Source of the DNA: an uncultured virus (IMG/VR IMGVR_UViG_3300017991_003073)
Taxonomy: Duplodnaviria; Heunggongvirae; Uroviricota; Caudoviricetes
Length of the DNA: 64,000 nt
IMG/VR virus record: IMGVR_UViG_3300017991_003073
Strand: one strand, 5' to 3'
The notes under the pieces are model-generated. The model saw only the letters and a list, made by a program, of their open reading frames with translations, was not told where the DNA came from and made no database searches. This document shows, piece after piece, positions 53,897-63,391 of this stretch (the stretch's first letter is position 1; every line of letters begins with the position of its first letter). The translations under genes and the position numbers were made by a program.

Positions 53897-55300
53897 TCAC
53901 GAAAGCCGCTCAGAAAAAATCTTTGTCGATACCTGGGGCTCAACTCCTGCCAGGATTTTCCTCAGCCCTTGGCAGAATACCCCCTGAACCAGGGAGGTTT
54001 CAGAAGGGTCCATGTCCAGTAACACCTCGTCGTGAGCCAGTAGTACCGGCTTCCAGGCCCGGTTTTTCTGGATGAGATCGAGACACCCTACGACCACCGA
54101 GTCGATGACCGGTGCTTGGAGATGGACCGCTGCAATGGATCGGCCCGTCCCTTTTCCCTTCCAACGCCTTCCGTGGTACGAGACCGCAGGCCGTTGGGCA
54201 CCTGCTTGGAGGTCGAGATCACGACGCCACCGATCCAAGGGGAACCGCTTGACCAAGGTGCGATAGATCTGACCTTCTTGGGAAGGACCGAGGCCTACCG
54301 CATCCCGGAGTCCTTCCTGCACTTTCTGATGCGTAGCGAGGTAGGCATACTGGAAGAACATCGCCTTGGTCACCTCTCGCGAAGGTTCGGCCCCAGCTAC
54401 CGACTGAATGATCTCGGTATTCTCTGCGTGTACGTCTCTACCTTCATGGAGCATGTCCCATAGCACCCTTCCACGCTCGTCTTCGGGGTACCTATGCTTC
54501 CACGCTAAAGCCAGTGAACACACCTCTGCGCCTCGGAGGTCTAGACTAACGAAGCTGTTACCTTCCGAAGGTATCAGCAATCCACGCGGTGCCTCTGGGT
54601 CGTTGCTGTGGTCGAACCCCTGCACCTGTGGATTCTCGGCCATCAGCCGTGCCGTCCCCAACCGCCGGTACGTTGGATGGATCCGACCATCATTTCGCAA
54701 AGCCTCAGCTACAGCCTCACGAGATCTGGTCCACCGTGTGGGAGCCCCTCCTGTTGGGGCCATCCGTAGTCGTGTGATGTCTACTGCAACCCCGTTCCAC
54801 GTTACTTGGAGAGCGATGGCGTTGCCTAGGGTCTCCAAGGGGAGTGCGTAGGGGTACACCTTACGAGCAAGGGACGTGGCCTCGTGCTTCACTGGAGTGT
54901 AGGCCCGGACCCGTGCGAACATGCCTTCCCCTGCGGATAGGGTTTTGGCTGGATCGAGGTATAGCTTCTGGGTGATGATATTTGGATTGACCGGGGCTGC
55001 TAAGCGGTTCAAGTCTTCGAGCGAGACGACGTTCCCGGTGCGTAGATGGTCAAGTAGGGCCGGAAGACATGGTAGGTCGTGCCAGAGGGCAACGGCGATC
55101 ACCTTTGCCCAGTCGAGCGTAAACAAGAGGGGGGATCTCTCTCGGAGTTGCGTGGCTAGGGTGTTGAGCCCTCTCACCCCAGCGTAGCGACGTGTCCCTT
55201 TACAGGAATGAACCCGTATCCCTGCGACAACTTCGGGGGCCGGTGGTAGACTCCAATCGTGCGGATCGAACTCAACTATGGCAGCAGCTGTATGACTCAT
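53897..55300 (-). CDS. family A DNA polymerase-like protein, short and divergent
   Basis: DGRIHPTY, GTARLMAENPQVQ, motif A SLDLRGAEV, DVHAENT, motif B REVTKAMFFQYAY and motif C LAHDEV. Confidence 0.85.
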   Translation of the reverse strand: MSHTAAAIVEFDPHDWSLPPAPEVVAGIRVHSCKGTRRYAGVRGLNTLATQLRERSPLLFTLDWAKVIAVALWHDLPCLPALLDHLRTGNVVSLEDLNRLAAPVNPNIITQKLYLDPAKTLSAGEGMFARVRAYTPVKHEATSLARKVYPYALPLETLGNAIALQVTWNGVAVDITRLRMAPTGGAPTRWTRSREAVAEALRNDGRIHPTYRRLGTARLMAENPQVQGFDHSNDPEAPRGLLIPSEGNSFVSLDLRGAEVCSLALAWKHRYPEDERGRVLWDMLHEGRDVHAENTEIIQSVAGAEPSREVTKAMFFQYAYLATHQKVQEGLRDAVGLGPSQEGQIYRTLVKRFPLDRWRRDLDLQAGAQRPAVSYHGRRWKGKGTGRSIAAVHLQAPVIDSVVVGCLDLIQKNRAWKPVLLAHDEVLLDMDPSETSLVQGVFCQGLRKILAGVEPQVSTKIFSERLS

Positions 55301-56158
55301 AAGCGCGAACACACGAAGGATGAGGTCCGGAAATGCTTGCGGGTTCTCGGTGCTGAGAAGGCCGGGGACTTAGATCAAGTGAAGTACGCCTATCGTGTGC
55401 TTGCGAAGCAGTACCACCCTGATCGGTCGAAGGCAGCGGATGCAGAAGAGAGGTTCAAGGAAATCAACGAAGCGCACCGAGTGGTGTTAGAGTGGGTAAG
55501 AGAACAGGGTGGGGAATTGCCTTTGGAGGAACCAGAACGCGATATCTTCGATTGGGGAGAGGGGGCGGAGAGGGATTTCATTCGAGATCTAGTGGGGCGG
55601 GGACGAGGGCGAGTGTCGTCTCGGAAGAAGGTTGTGCAGGTGGATCTCCAAGACATCTTCGGGGAGTTCGTCGCAGGGGCTGTGTTCTTGGGAGGGGTCC
55701 TTTTCAAGAACGTGGTCCAGGAAGTTCGGCGTTCTGCGGAAGTGCGTCCGGTTGGGGTACCACCGAAGTCGAGTCCTATGAACTCTGCGAAGATCGAACC
55801 TAAAGGTAAACGACCGCATCCTGTTGGGCGTGTGGGTAGAAGTGGTGTGAATGGTGATGCGGCGGTAGGTCCCGTTCCCGCAGCAGCTGTTCGTAACAGG
55901 CAGCATCAACAACGGCCCTCTGCTGGTGTCCGCTTGCACCCGGTCTACCCGGCCTTTCGTGTTAAGGCCCAGGAGTACCGGCAGTTTGTGAAACGGATCC
56001 AGGAGAACCGTTTGGTAGAGTCCTCGATCCAGGGTGAGATCTGGACCCTGGACGGCAAGAAATCTATGGGCGGCACCTTCCAGGCTAGTCTAGCGCCCAA
56101 TGGGCAGATCCTGTATATTCACGGCAGTCCGTATCAGATAAAGGTTGTCCCAGCATGA
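55292..56158 (+). CDS. DnaJ (J-domain) protein
   Basis: VKYAYRVLAKQYHPDRS...AEERFKEINEAHRV, with intact HPD. Confidence 0.9.
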   Translation: MTHKREHTKDEVRKCLRVLGAEKAGDLDQVKYAYRVLAKQYHPDRSKAADAEERFKEINEAHRVVLEWVREQGGELPLEEPERDIFDWGEGAERDFIRDLVGRGRGRVSSRKKVVQVDLQDIFGEFVAGAVFLGGVLFKNVVQEVRRSAEVRPVGVPPKSSPMNSAKIEPKGKRPHPVGRVGRSGVNGDAAVGPVPAAAVRNRQHQQRPSAGVRLHPVYPAFRVKAQEYRQFVKRIQENRLVESSIQGEIWTLDGKKSMGGTFQASLAPNGQILYIHGSPYQIKVVPA

Positions 56159-56721
56159 GCATTCCTCCACCGACCATAGGCGTCACGCGAAGCATCTTCC
56201 GCCCAGGGCGTTGTGGTGTTGCTAGGGCCGGAAATGTGGGATCTCCGGTAGTACGGAGTCGCGTGGTTGGGGCCTCTCCCCAAACCGACTCCCCCTACGT
56301 TCCGCCATCGCCCTCATCGGTACGGGATCTGCAAAACCTCGTGCGACAGCAGCACGAGGAGGTGCTACGGGGAATCGTGGGCCTCCACGACGAGCATGAT
56401 GACACCCAGCTGGGGTTGGCGCGAGTTGAGGAGAGGGTTGGTGAGAAGAAGACCTTCCTCCAGGAACTGATGCGTGATTTCCTCAAATCTGGTGCGACGG
56501 TCGCCGCGAGCGTGATCGTGACGTTCATGGTGCAGCGGATGATCGCAAAGCGCCGGGAGGATGAGGAGGCGAGAGGTGGAGGTGGAGGAGACGACGGCGA
56601 GGATGAAGAAGCGGGTATGGCTGAGGCTTCTGCTACTGCGATGAACCTAGCAGCTGCCTCCGCATCCACTTCGGGCTACGACCCGGACTACGACGACTTC
56701 GAGGACGGGTGGGAAGAATAA
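56155..56721 (+). CDS. hypothetical membrane protein with acidic tail
   Basis: ATGA overlap with the DnaJ gene; one hydrophobic helix. Confidence 0.75.
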   Translation: MSIPPPTIGVTRSIFRPGRCGVARAGNVGSPVVRSRVVGASPQTDSPYVPPSPSSVRDLQNLVRQQHEEVLRGIVGLHDEHDDTQLGLARVEERVGEKKTFLQELMRDFLKSGATVAASVIVTFMVQRMIAKRREDEEARGGGGGDDGEDEEAGMAEASATAMNLAAASASTSGYDPDYDDFEDGWEE

Positions 56722-56750
56722 TCGGATTTTTCCGTTATTAGGGTATTGAC

Positions 56751-56779
56751 TTGAACTAACCCGGTACCAGGGCTACTAT
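56751..56779 (+). promoter_or_regulatory. sigma70-type promoter
   Basis: TTGAAC-17 bp-TACTAT, with an AT-rich upstream region. Confidence 0.55.
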
Positions 56780-56821
56780 TAAGTAAGCCCGCTCGGGATT
56801 TCCCGGTTACGGAAGGTCCGA

Positions 56822-57043
56822 ATGCCCGAGAATAAACCACCACAGAAAGGCAAGAACGTCGTCGCCCGTCGCGCATGGCTGGAGACGCACTTCACGTTCG
56901 TATGCCCTAACTGTGAGCAGGAGAACGAGAGTGTGGCGTTAGGTTCACCCACGGCTACGGTTGGGCGTTGCTGTAAGTGCGGACAGGTGGTTCATATCCG
57001 CCAAGCGATGCCGAAAGTAGGTACACGCCCAGTGGCGGGGTAG
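56822..57043 (+). CDS. small Zn-ribbon protein
   Basis: CPNC...CCKC. Confidence 0.75.
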   Translation: MPENKPPQKGKNVVARRAWLETHFTFVCPNCEQENESVALGSPTATVGRCCKCGQVVHIRQAMPKVGTRPVAG

Positions 57044-57072
57044 TGCGCCAGCCGATTCGAGGGGATAGGATT

Positions 57073-57100
57073 GGAGCGTCTCTGGCGCTCCTTTTTCTTT
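57073..57100 (+). terminator. rho-independent terminator
   Basis: GGAGCGTC...GGCGCTCC followed by TTTTTCTTT. Confidence 0.75.
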
Positions 57101-57112
57101 GCGGAGGTCGAT

Positions 57113-57664
57113 ATGAACTCCCAGTTCCACCCGTTGTGCTACCCGTACTCTGCTGAGTACAACTCCGCCCCTTACGAGGGTATGGCGAGCAACCGGCTAC
57201 CACTGGTCCCCTCGAATGCTCCGAGCCGATACGGGCGCACCGTGCCGCCTAAAATCGGGATCAACACCGCGTTCCCGATGGTCCCGGAGCGTGAGAGCCC
57301 GATGGTGTTCACTCCCCGTGCCCGGTGCATCGTCGCTAAGGCAGAGGCCTTGCGTGACATGTTCGCCAAAGCCCTAGCAGCGCGGATGCGGGTGGATGGT
57401 GGTGTCTCTTCGATGATCGGGTCCTTCTACTTAATGGCAGCGAACATGGCCTCGGAGGTCTCATCGCTGTACGGGTTTGCCTCGGAAGGCGAGATGATCC
57501 GCAAACTCCAGATGGCCGCGTACAAGGCGGGGCAGGGGCGGAAGTATGGACTCGCCCCAGGACGTGGACCGGCCTCCGTAGCAGAGGTAATCGTCTCGGC
57601 TGCGATTGCACAATCGAAAGCGTGGTTCGGAGAGTTGCCTCGACGCTACTGGACCATCGACTAG
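57113..57664 (+). CDS. hypothetical protein (start re-chosen at MNSQFH)
   Basis: GGAGG RBS. Confidence 0.75.
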   Translation: MNSQFHPLCYPYSAEYNSAPYEGMASNRLPLVPSNAPSRYGRTVPPKIGINTAFPMVPERESPMVFTPRARCIVAKAEALRDMFAKALAARMRVDGGVSSMIGSFYLMAANMASEVSSLYGFASEGEMIRKLQMAAYKAGQGRKYGLAPGRGPASVAEVIVSAAIAQSKAWFGELPRRYWTID

Positions 57665-58506
57665 CCGGTCCCGCGATCCAGTGGGCGGAAATTGGGGGCG
57701 CTACTGTCGCGGAGCCATTCCGGGACGGGAGCGCCTCCCCCTTTGGCCCGTTCGATCTTGCTCGGGTCGGGGTAGCACACGCTGGAGGGGGAGATCATCA
57801 GGAGGCTCTCGGGCACAGAGATCTTGCGACCTTTCCCGCACTTCGCCTCCCCCTTCGGCGGCAGGTACGCCCAGGCCTCTTGCACCACGAGATCGATCCC
57901 AGCTACTCGTTTACCCATCGCGCAGGGCATCGTTGAGCGAGGGACGGTTTGGTCACACTCGTGGGGGATCTCCGGGAGGACGACGGTGGCCGTACAGCCC
58001 TCGTAGGACAACGTCTTGATGGGGATGACGCTATCGCCCGTGAACTTGGTAAGGCTCAACTCCTCCGCCGAGGGCTTGCGCCCGAGCATGAAGTCCAGGT
58101 CGAGGAAGTTGTAGGTGACTCGCAGTTCTCCTCGGACATTGTCGTCCACCTGCCTCTCGATCCAGTAGGAGAGCAACACCCGTAGTCTCGCTAACTCTTC
58201 GCGGCGGAAGCGGAGGCCCCACTGCTTCGCAGGTTCGCCGTTCCTGCGTCTGCGGTTAGGGATAGGCTGGTCCAACAACATCCCGGCTAGCTGTATCAAC
58301 TCGAAGGCTCGTTGGATGGAACCGCGCCCGTGCTTCCGTAACGACCACCCGCGCTGGACGCCTCGCAGTAGATCGGCCTCCACTAGCCAAGCCGCTTGGT
58401 TCTCGAAGATGATTTTCTCGGAGTAGCCACCCTTAGTTTGGTAGCTGCGGATCATGGGGAGGCCGGATGGGATGACCATGTACGCGGACGTTACGCTACT
58501 GTCCAT
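57661..58506 (-). CDS. hypothetical protein (281 aa)
   Basis: Longest ORF in the interval; convergent 4-bp overlap with the neighbouring gene. Confidence 0.7.
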   Translation of the reverse strand: MDSSVTSAYMVIPSGLPMIRSYQTKGGYSEKIIFENQAAWLVEADLLRGVQRGWSLRKHGRGSIQRAFELIQLAGMLLDQPIPNRRRRNGEPAKQWGLRFRREELARLRVLLSYWIERQVDDNVRGELRVTYNFLDLDFMLGRKPSAEELSLTKFTGDSVIPIKTLSYEGCTATVVLPEIPHECDQTVPRSTMPCAMGKRVAGIDLVVQEAWAYLPPKGEAKCGKGRKISVPESLLMISPSSVCYPDPSKIERAKGGGAPVPEWLRDSSAPNFRPLDRGTG

Positions 58507-58670
58507 AGGTTGGTGCCACCATGTAGATACAGAGCAAAGAAGCGGGAGTTCAAAACGCGGGTAGCTGCCGATGATACTCCTGGGGCTTAGCTGGGGTCAA
58601 GGATCGGCAAGGGGGTCCGAGGGTCCATCAAGAAGGTGTAGTGAGGCAGGTGTTCGTGGGTGTGAGGTTC

Positions 58671-58695
58671 GAAACCGGAAAACTTTTTCACTTCT
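58671..58695. promoter_or_regulatory. 25-bp palindromic operator-like site, copy 5
   Basis: GAAACCG GAAAA C TTTTT CACTTCT, between divergent genes. Confidence 0.55.
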
Positions 58696-58779
58696 CTATC
58701 TGTCAGGATTTCGGAGGTTGTACCTTTCCTCGCGCAGAAAAAGTTCCATTTTTGCGGTTTATGGATGCTTTTGGACATT

Positions 58780-58793
58780 CTACGTCACTATAT
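58780..58793 (+). promoter_or_regulatory. shared promoter-like motif
   Basis: CTACGTCACTATAT, about 60 bp upstream of the DUF932-like gene. Confidence 0.6.
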
Positions 58794-58854
58794 TGGATAT
58801 CGGGCTCGCTGGGAGCCTGAATCTGACCATTCTTACTGCGGAGGAATGAGAGAG

Positions 58855-60081
58855 ATGACTGAGAACGTACCTGCTGCCCGAAGACTCACCCGATACCCTA
58901 AGGAGATGGTGCGAGCCGCGATGCAAAGGGCCACCGAGGTAATGGCGAATCGCATCGATGCCGTGGTGCCCTTGGGGTGGTGCGCTGTGACGACCATCCC
59001 AACACCGACGCCCAGTACGGAACAGAACCCCGAGGGCAAGGAACTGGCAGTCCAGTTCGACCTGTCGCGGGACTTGAGCGGCGTCTTCACAGACACGTCC
59101 CTCCACGACCGGATCTTCCGGCTCACCACGAAGGGTCTTCGGGACATCCTCAACCCTGAGGGGACCGTCAGCGTCGGGGTCTCGCACCACGACAATCAGG
59201 TCAAGACAGGACGGCTCGATCTGCTGGCGGAGTACCTGACCCAGCTGTTTCGACACTCCAGTTTGCGGGATCGGCTGCGGCTCTTCCGGGGAGTGGACAA
59301 CGTCCCTCGCGGAGACTTCGACGCGACCGGGGCCATCCGTTCGGTCAACTCAACGGCCTACCTTCGGATCGATACCGCCGACATCCTGGAGATCGTTATG
59401 GGTAAGGTTGAGGAGAAAGGCCTCGACATCCTCAACTTCCGCTACACCGATTTCGGTGAGCATATGAGCATGTACGTCGTGGATCCCAACCTCAGCTTTT
59501 CGCTGGAGGGTCGGAAGGATGATGGGGCAGGGGGTCTTCACCACGGGCTTTGTCGGATCTCCGCGTCGGAGACCGGGCAGGGGTCGATCCGCGTCGAGCC
59601 GGGGGTGCTGACAGGGGCCTGTGTGAACGGTCAGGTCTTCACGTCCTTCTTCAAGCGCAAGTACCACGTCACTGGTCACGCCGACGAAATGGGAATCTGG
59701 GCCGAGGACACGCAGCAGCAGCGCGTTCGCACCGTCCTCATGGAGGTCCGGGACATGATCGCCTCCAGCTTCTCCGACGAGACCTTCATCGGGTTCGCTA
59801 ACCGGATTCGGGAGGCCGCTGGCGAAGAGATCTCCGAGAAGCAGGCCAAGCGGATCCTCAAGGTGGAGTTGGGCAAACACGACGCCACCAAGGGCAAGGA
59901 AACCATGGAAGCGATGCTGAACCGCTTCATGGGGCAGTTCAGTGCCAAGCCGCAGCAGACTCGTTACGACCTCGCCCAGGTCGTCAACGGGGACCGTGAG
60001 TACGACGCCGACACCGACCTCGCTACGGTGCTGGAGGACATCTCCGGTACGATCCTGATGCAGGGCTCGCGCACGGAGTAG
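58855..60081 (+). CDS. DUF932-like phage/plasmid protein
   Basis: IRSVNSTAYLRID and ISASETGQGSIRVEPGVLTGACVNG...H pattern; GGAGG RBS. Confidence 0.7.
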   Translation: MTENVPAARRLTRYPKEMVRAAMQRATEVMANRIDAVVPLGWCAVTTIPTPTPSTEQNPEGKELAVQFDLSRDLSGVFTDTSLHDRIFRLTTKGLRDILNPEGTVSVGVSHHDNQVKTGRLDLLAEYLTQLFRHSSLRDRLRLFRGVDNVPRGDFDATGAIRSVNSTAYLRIDTADILEIVMGKVEEKGLDILNFRYTDFGEHMSMYVVDPNLSFSLEGRKDDGAGGLHHGLCRISASETGQGSIRVEPGVLTGACVNGQVFTSFFKRKYHVTGHADEMGIWAEDTQQQRVRTVLMEVRDMIASSFSDETFIGFANRIREAAGEEISEKQAKRILKVELGKHDATKGKETMEAMLNRFMGQFSAKPQQTRYDLAQVVNGDREYDADTDLATVLEDISGTILMQGSRTE

Positions 60082-60085
60082 GGGT

Positions 60086-60325
60086 ATGAACTTCCACGAA
60101 GGTGACCGTGTGGCCTACTCAGTCGGCTGGCTCCGTTCGGTCATGGCTACTACAGGTGAACTGCCCTTCCGTCGTGGGACCGTGGTCGGGGAAGAGCAAC
60201 CAATCGCCCCTAGTGCCCCGAATGTTGTTCGTGTCCGCTGGGATGACAAGCCCGACGATCCAAAATTGGTTCTGGTGACCAACCTAGCCCATCCCGGCCT
60301 GAATACCGATTTCTGTAGCTGCTAA
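60086..60325 (+). CDS. small SH3/KOW-like protein
   Basis: FHEGDRVAY...RGTVV...VRVRWDD. Confidence 0.75.
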   Translation: MNFHEGDRVAYSVGWLRSVMATTGELPFRRGTVVGEEQPIAPSAPNVVRVRWDDKPDDPKLVLVTNLAHPGLNTDFCSC

Positions 60326-60339
60326 CCCTGGAGAACACC

Positions 60340-60543
60340 ATGTCCACAGAGCAAGAGGCGACCGAAGATCGCCTGTTCCTGCAAGAGATCATCAATGATC
60401 TGGAAAAGAATGGCTACGTGCGTGGAGGAAAGGCGCAGACCATGTTGCGCGACTGGTCTGCAACCCTTCGCAGCAAAGCCCCACGGACTCGCGGTAAGCT
60501 GAAACGGGTCCACGCCGAATTGGTGGGCCGCGAACTGTATTAG
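60340..60543 (+). CDS. hypothetical protein (67 aa)
   Basis: GGAG RBS; followed by a terminator. Confidence 0.75.
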   Translation: MSTEQEATEDRLFLQEIINDLEKNGYVRGGKAQTMLRDWSATLRSKAPRTRGKLKRVHAELVGRELY

Positions 60544-60560
60544 GGAACTAACATTTCTTG

Positions 60561-60604
60561 GGAGCCCTCCTGCGTCACGATATGCTGGAGGGCTCCTCTT
60601 GTTT
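60561..60604 (+). terminator. rho-independent terminator
   Basis: GGAGCCCTCC...GGAGGGCTCC followed by TCTTGTTT. Confidence 0.7.
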
Positions 60605-60645
60605 CGAGCCTCTGTTTCCCGCGTCCTGAGCGAAAGGCACCACCG

Positions 60646-63348
60646 ATGCGATTTGAGAGATGTTTCGCCCTTCAAGGGGATCCAATGGATGCGATCCAGT
60701 GGGTCCAGGCCACCGCGACTATCCAAGGGCCGGACGGCAAGACCATCTTCCAACAGGAGGGGGTGGAGGTCCCCGCCGACTGGAGCCAACAAGCAATCGA
60801 CACCGTAGCCTCCAAGTACTTCCGGGGGGCCTTGGATACGGAAGAGCGTGAGACTTCCGTACGCGGTCTCATTGGCCGGGTGGTGGACACTATCGCTACC
60901 TGGGCGAAGGAGGATGGCTACTTCGATGACGACGACGGCGTGTCGCTCGCGAACTTCCATGCGGACCTGAAGTGGCTGATCGTCCATCAATACGCGACGT
61001 TCAATAGCCCTGTGTGGTTCAACGTCGGCTTCTCCGACCACCCTCAAGGCTCGGCTTGCTTTATCCTATCGGTGGACGACACGATGGAGTCGATCCTCGA
61101 CCTTGCGAAGACCGAAGGGCTTATCTTCCGGGATGGGTCGGGGTGCGGCACCAACCTCAGCACCCTTCGGAGTACTCACGACCGGTTGAGCGGAGGTGGT
61201 CGTCCTTCGGGGCCGGTGAGTTTTATGAAGGGCTATGACGCCTTCGCGGGAGTTATCAAAAGTGGTGGCAAGGTGCGGCGGGCGGCGAAGATGCAGATCC
61301 TCGACGTGGACCATCCCGACATCGTGGAGTTCATCGAGGCCAAGGCGCTAGAAGAACGAAAGGCTCACGCGCTGGCAGCGGCAGGCTTCTCGGCCAACAT
61401 GGACGGGGAAGCGTACGGTTCGGTGTTCTTCCAAAATGCTAATCTCAGCGTCCGGGCGTCGGATGCCTTCATGGAAGCAGTGGAGCAAGATGGGGACTGG
61501 GATCTTCGACTTGTTCTCAATGGCCGGGACGTGGTCGAGACGATCAAGGCTCGGGAACTCCTCCGCCGCATCGCTACGGGAACGCATACCTGCGGGGATC
61601 CGGGGATGTTGTTCGGGGATAACATCAACCGCTGGAACCCGATGGCGCAGGAAGGATCGGTCATTCGGGCCAGTAATCCGTGTGGAGAGTTTCTCTGTGT
61701 GGACAACTCAGCATGTAACTTGGCTTCTCTGAACCTCCTCCGGTTCTGGGATAGGGCCAAGGGATTTGCGGTGTCGCAGTTCAAGAACGCAGTGCGTATC
61801 TTCATCACCGCGATGGATGCCATCGTCCACCGCGCCAAGTACCCTACACCGGAGGTAACGGCCAACTCACACCGGTATCGCCCGTTGGGCCTCGGGTACG
61901 CGAATCTAGGGGCACTCCTGATGGCGGCGGGGACGCCCTACGACTCCGACGCCGGTCGCACCCTGGCGGCGAACGTTACGAGTCTCCTGACGGCGGAGGC
62001 TTATCTCACCTCTGCGGGCATCGCTTCGGATCGTGGTCCGTGCGAAGCGTGGGCTCCGAATCGGCAGTCGATGCGGGACGTAATCGCTCGACACCAGCAA
62101 GCGTCTACGAAGCTGGTCACCGCTCCCATTCCGAACGGAGACGAACTAGGGGAGGCCCAAGGCGGCAGCTGGGATCGTGTTCTCGCCTACGCAGACAAGG
62201 AAGACTGCGATGGGTTCGCTAACCTCCAAACGAGTCTGCTGGCTCCTACTGGGACTGTAGCCTTTATGATGGACTGCGATACCACTGGCATCGAGCCTGA
62301 AATCGCTCTGGTCCGTCGTAAGGATTTAGCAGGCGGGGGGACGATGATCCTCTCGAACCGTACGGTGGTAGTGGGGCTGGAGGCCCTGGGATACACCCCT
62401 ACCGAGATCGAGGGGATCACCAAACACCTGGAACTGCTCAAGACCATCGAGGGGGCTCCAGGTCTGCGCCCCGAACACGAAGCCGTTTTCGACTGTGCCT
62501 TCAAGCCCCTGAACGGTAAGCGGTTCATCCGTCCTTCGGGGCACATTGGGATGATGGCGGCAGTCCAGCCTTTCCTCTCCATGGGGATCAGCAAGACCGT
62601 CAACATGCCGCGAGAGGCTACTGTCGAGGACATCGAGAAGACTTACATCGATGCCTGGGAGAGGGGGCTCAAGGCTGTGGCCATCTACCGCGACGGTTCC
62701 AAGGTCACGCAAGCCGTTACCGCTGCTGGGAAGGTGGATCGTACCGGCCCAAACTATGGTCCTCCTAAGATGCCTGAGCGGCACCGACTGGCGACGAAGC
62801 GTCGGAGCGAGACGCACAAGTTCCAGATCGCCAACCATGAAGGGTATGCCACTATCGGTTTCTACCCCAACGGGAAGGTCGCCGAGATCTTCCTCAAGAT
62901 GGCTAAGGAGGGATCTACGGTGTCGGGGTTCCTCGACTCCTTTGCTACGGCGATGTCGATGATGCTCCAGTCGGGCATCCCCATCGAGGTGCTAATCCGG
63001 AAGTTCGCGTTCAGTCGGTTCGAGCCTGCTGGACGGTCCACCGATACGCGGGTGGGATACGCACGAAGCCCCATCGATTACATCATGCGGTACATCGACC
63101 ATGAGTACTACGGAGGGACCGTGATTAACCCTGAGGTGAATGGGGGGAGGCACGACACAGGGGTTTTCGACCAGAAGGAAGTGGAGGCCAAACTGAAAGG
63201 GATGCTCAGTAAGGAAGGTCCGCAGGCTTTAGCAGGTATTGTCGAGGTCCACGACACTAAGCCCTGCTCCAAATGCGGTGACATTGCTATCCGCGTCGGG
63301 CGGTGCTACCGCTGCCTCTCCTGTAAGACCAGCGACGGCTGCGATTAG
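60646..63348 (+). CDS. nrdJ: class II (adenosylcobalamin-dependent) ribonucleotide reductase with TSCPD domain
   Basis: FNSPVWFNVG, SACFI, RRAAKM, ASNPCGE, ACNLASLNL, APTGT, ISKTVN and YRDGSK; C-terminal TSCPD-like domain and CxxC..CxxC. Confidence 0.96.
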   Translation: MRFERCFALQGDPMDAIQWVQATATIQGPDGKTIFQQEGVEVPADWSQQAIDTVASKYFRGALDTEERETSVRGLIGRVVDTIATWAKEDGYFDDDDGVSLANFHADLKWLIVHQYATFNSPVWFNVGFSDHPQGSACFILSVDDTMESILDLAKTEGLIFRDGSGCGTNLSTLRSTHDRLSGGGRPSGPVSFMKGYDAFAGVIKSGGKVRRAAKMQILDVDHPDIVEFIEAKALEERKAHALAAAGFSANMDGEAYGSVFFQNANLSVRASDAFMEAVEQDGDWDLRLVLNGRDVVETIKARELLRRIATGTHTCGDPGMLFGDNINRWNPMAQEGSVIRASNPCGEFLCVDNSACNLASLNLLRFWDRAKGFAVSQFKNAVRIFITAMDAIVHRAKYPTPEVTANSHRYRPLGLGYANLGALLMAAGTPYDSDAGRTLAANVTSLLTAEAYLTSAGIASDRGPCEAWAPNRQSMRDVIARHQQASTKLVTAPIPNGDELGEAQGGSWDRVLAYADKEDCDGFANLQTSLLAPTGTVAFMMDCDTTGIEPEIALVRRKDLAGGGTMILSNRTVVVGLEALGYTPTEIEGITKHLELLKTIEGAPGLRPEHEAVFDCAFKPLNGKRFIRPSGHIGMMAAVQPFLSMGISKTVNMPREATVEDIEKTYIDAWERGLKAVAIYRDGSKVTQAVTAAGKVDRTGPNYGPPKMPERHRLATKRRSETHKFQIANHEGYATIGFYPNGKVAEIFLKMAKEGSTVSGFLDSFATAMSMMLQSGIPIEVLIRKFAFSRFEPAGRSTDTRVGYARSPIDYIMRYIDHEYYGGTVINPEVNGGRHDTGVFDQKEVEAKLKGMLSKEGPQALAGIVEVHDTKPCSKCGDIAIRVGRCYRCLSCKTSDGCD

Positions 63349-63391
63349 TGCTTGACGGTTACTTGATCGACTAACCATCCGAGCCACTAGA

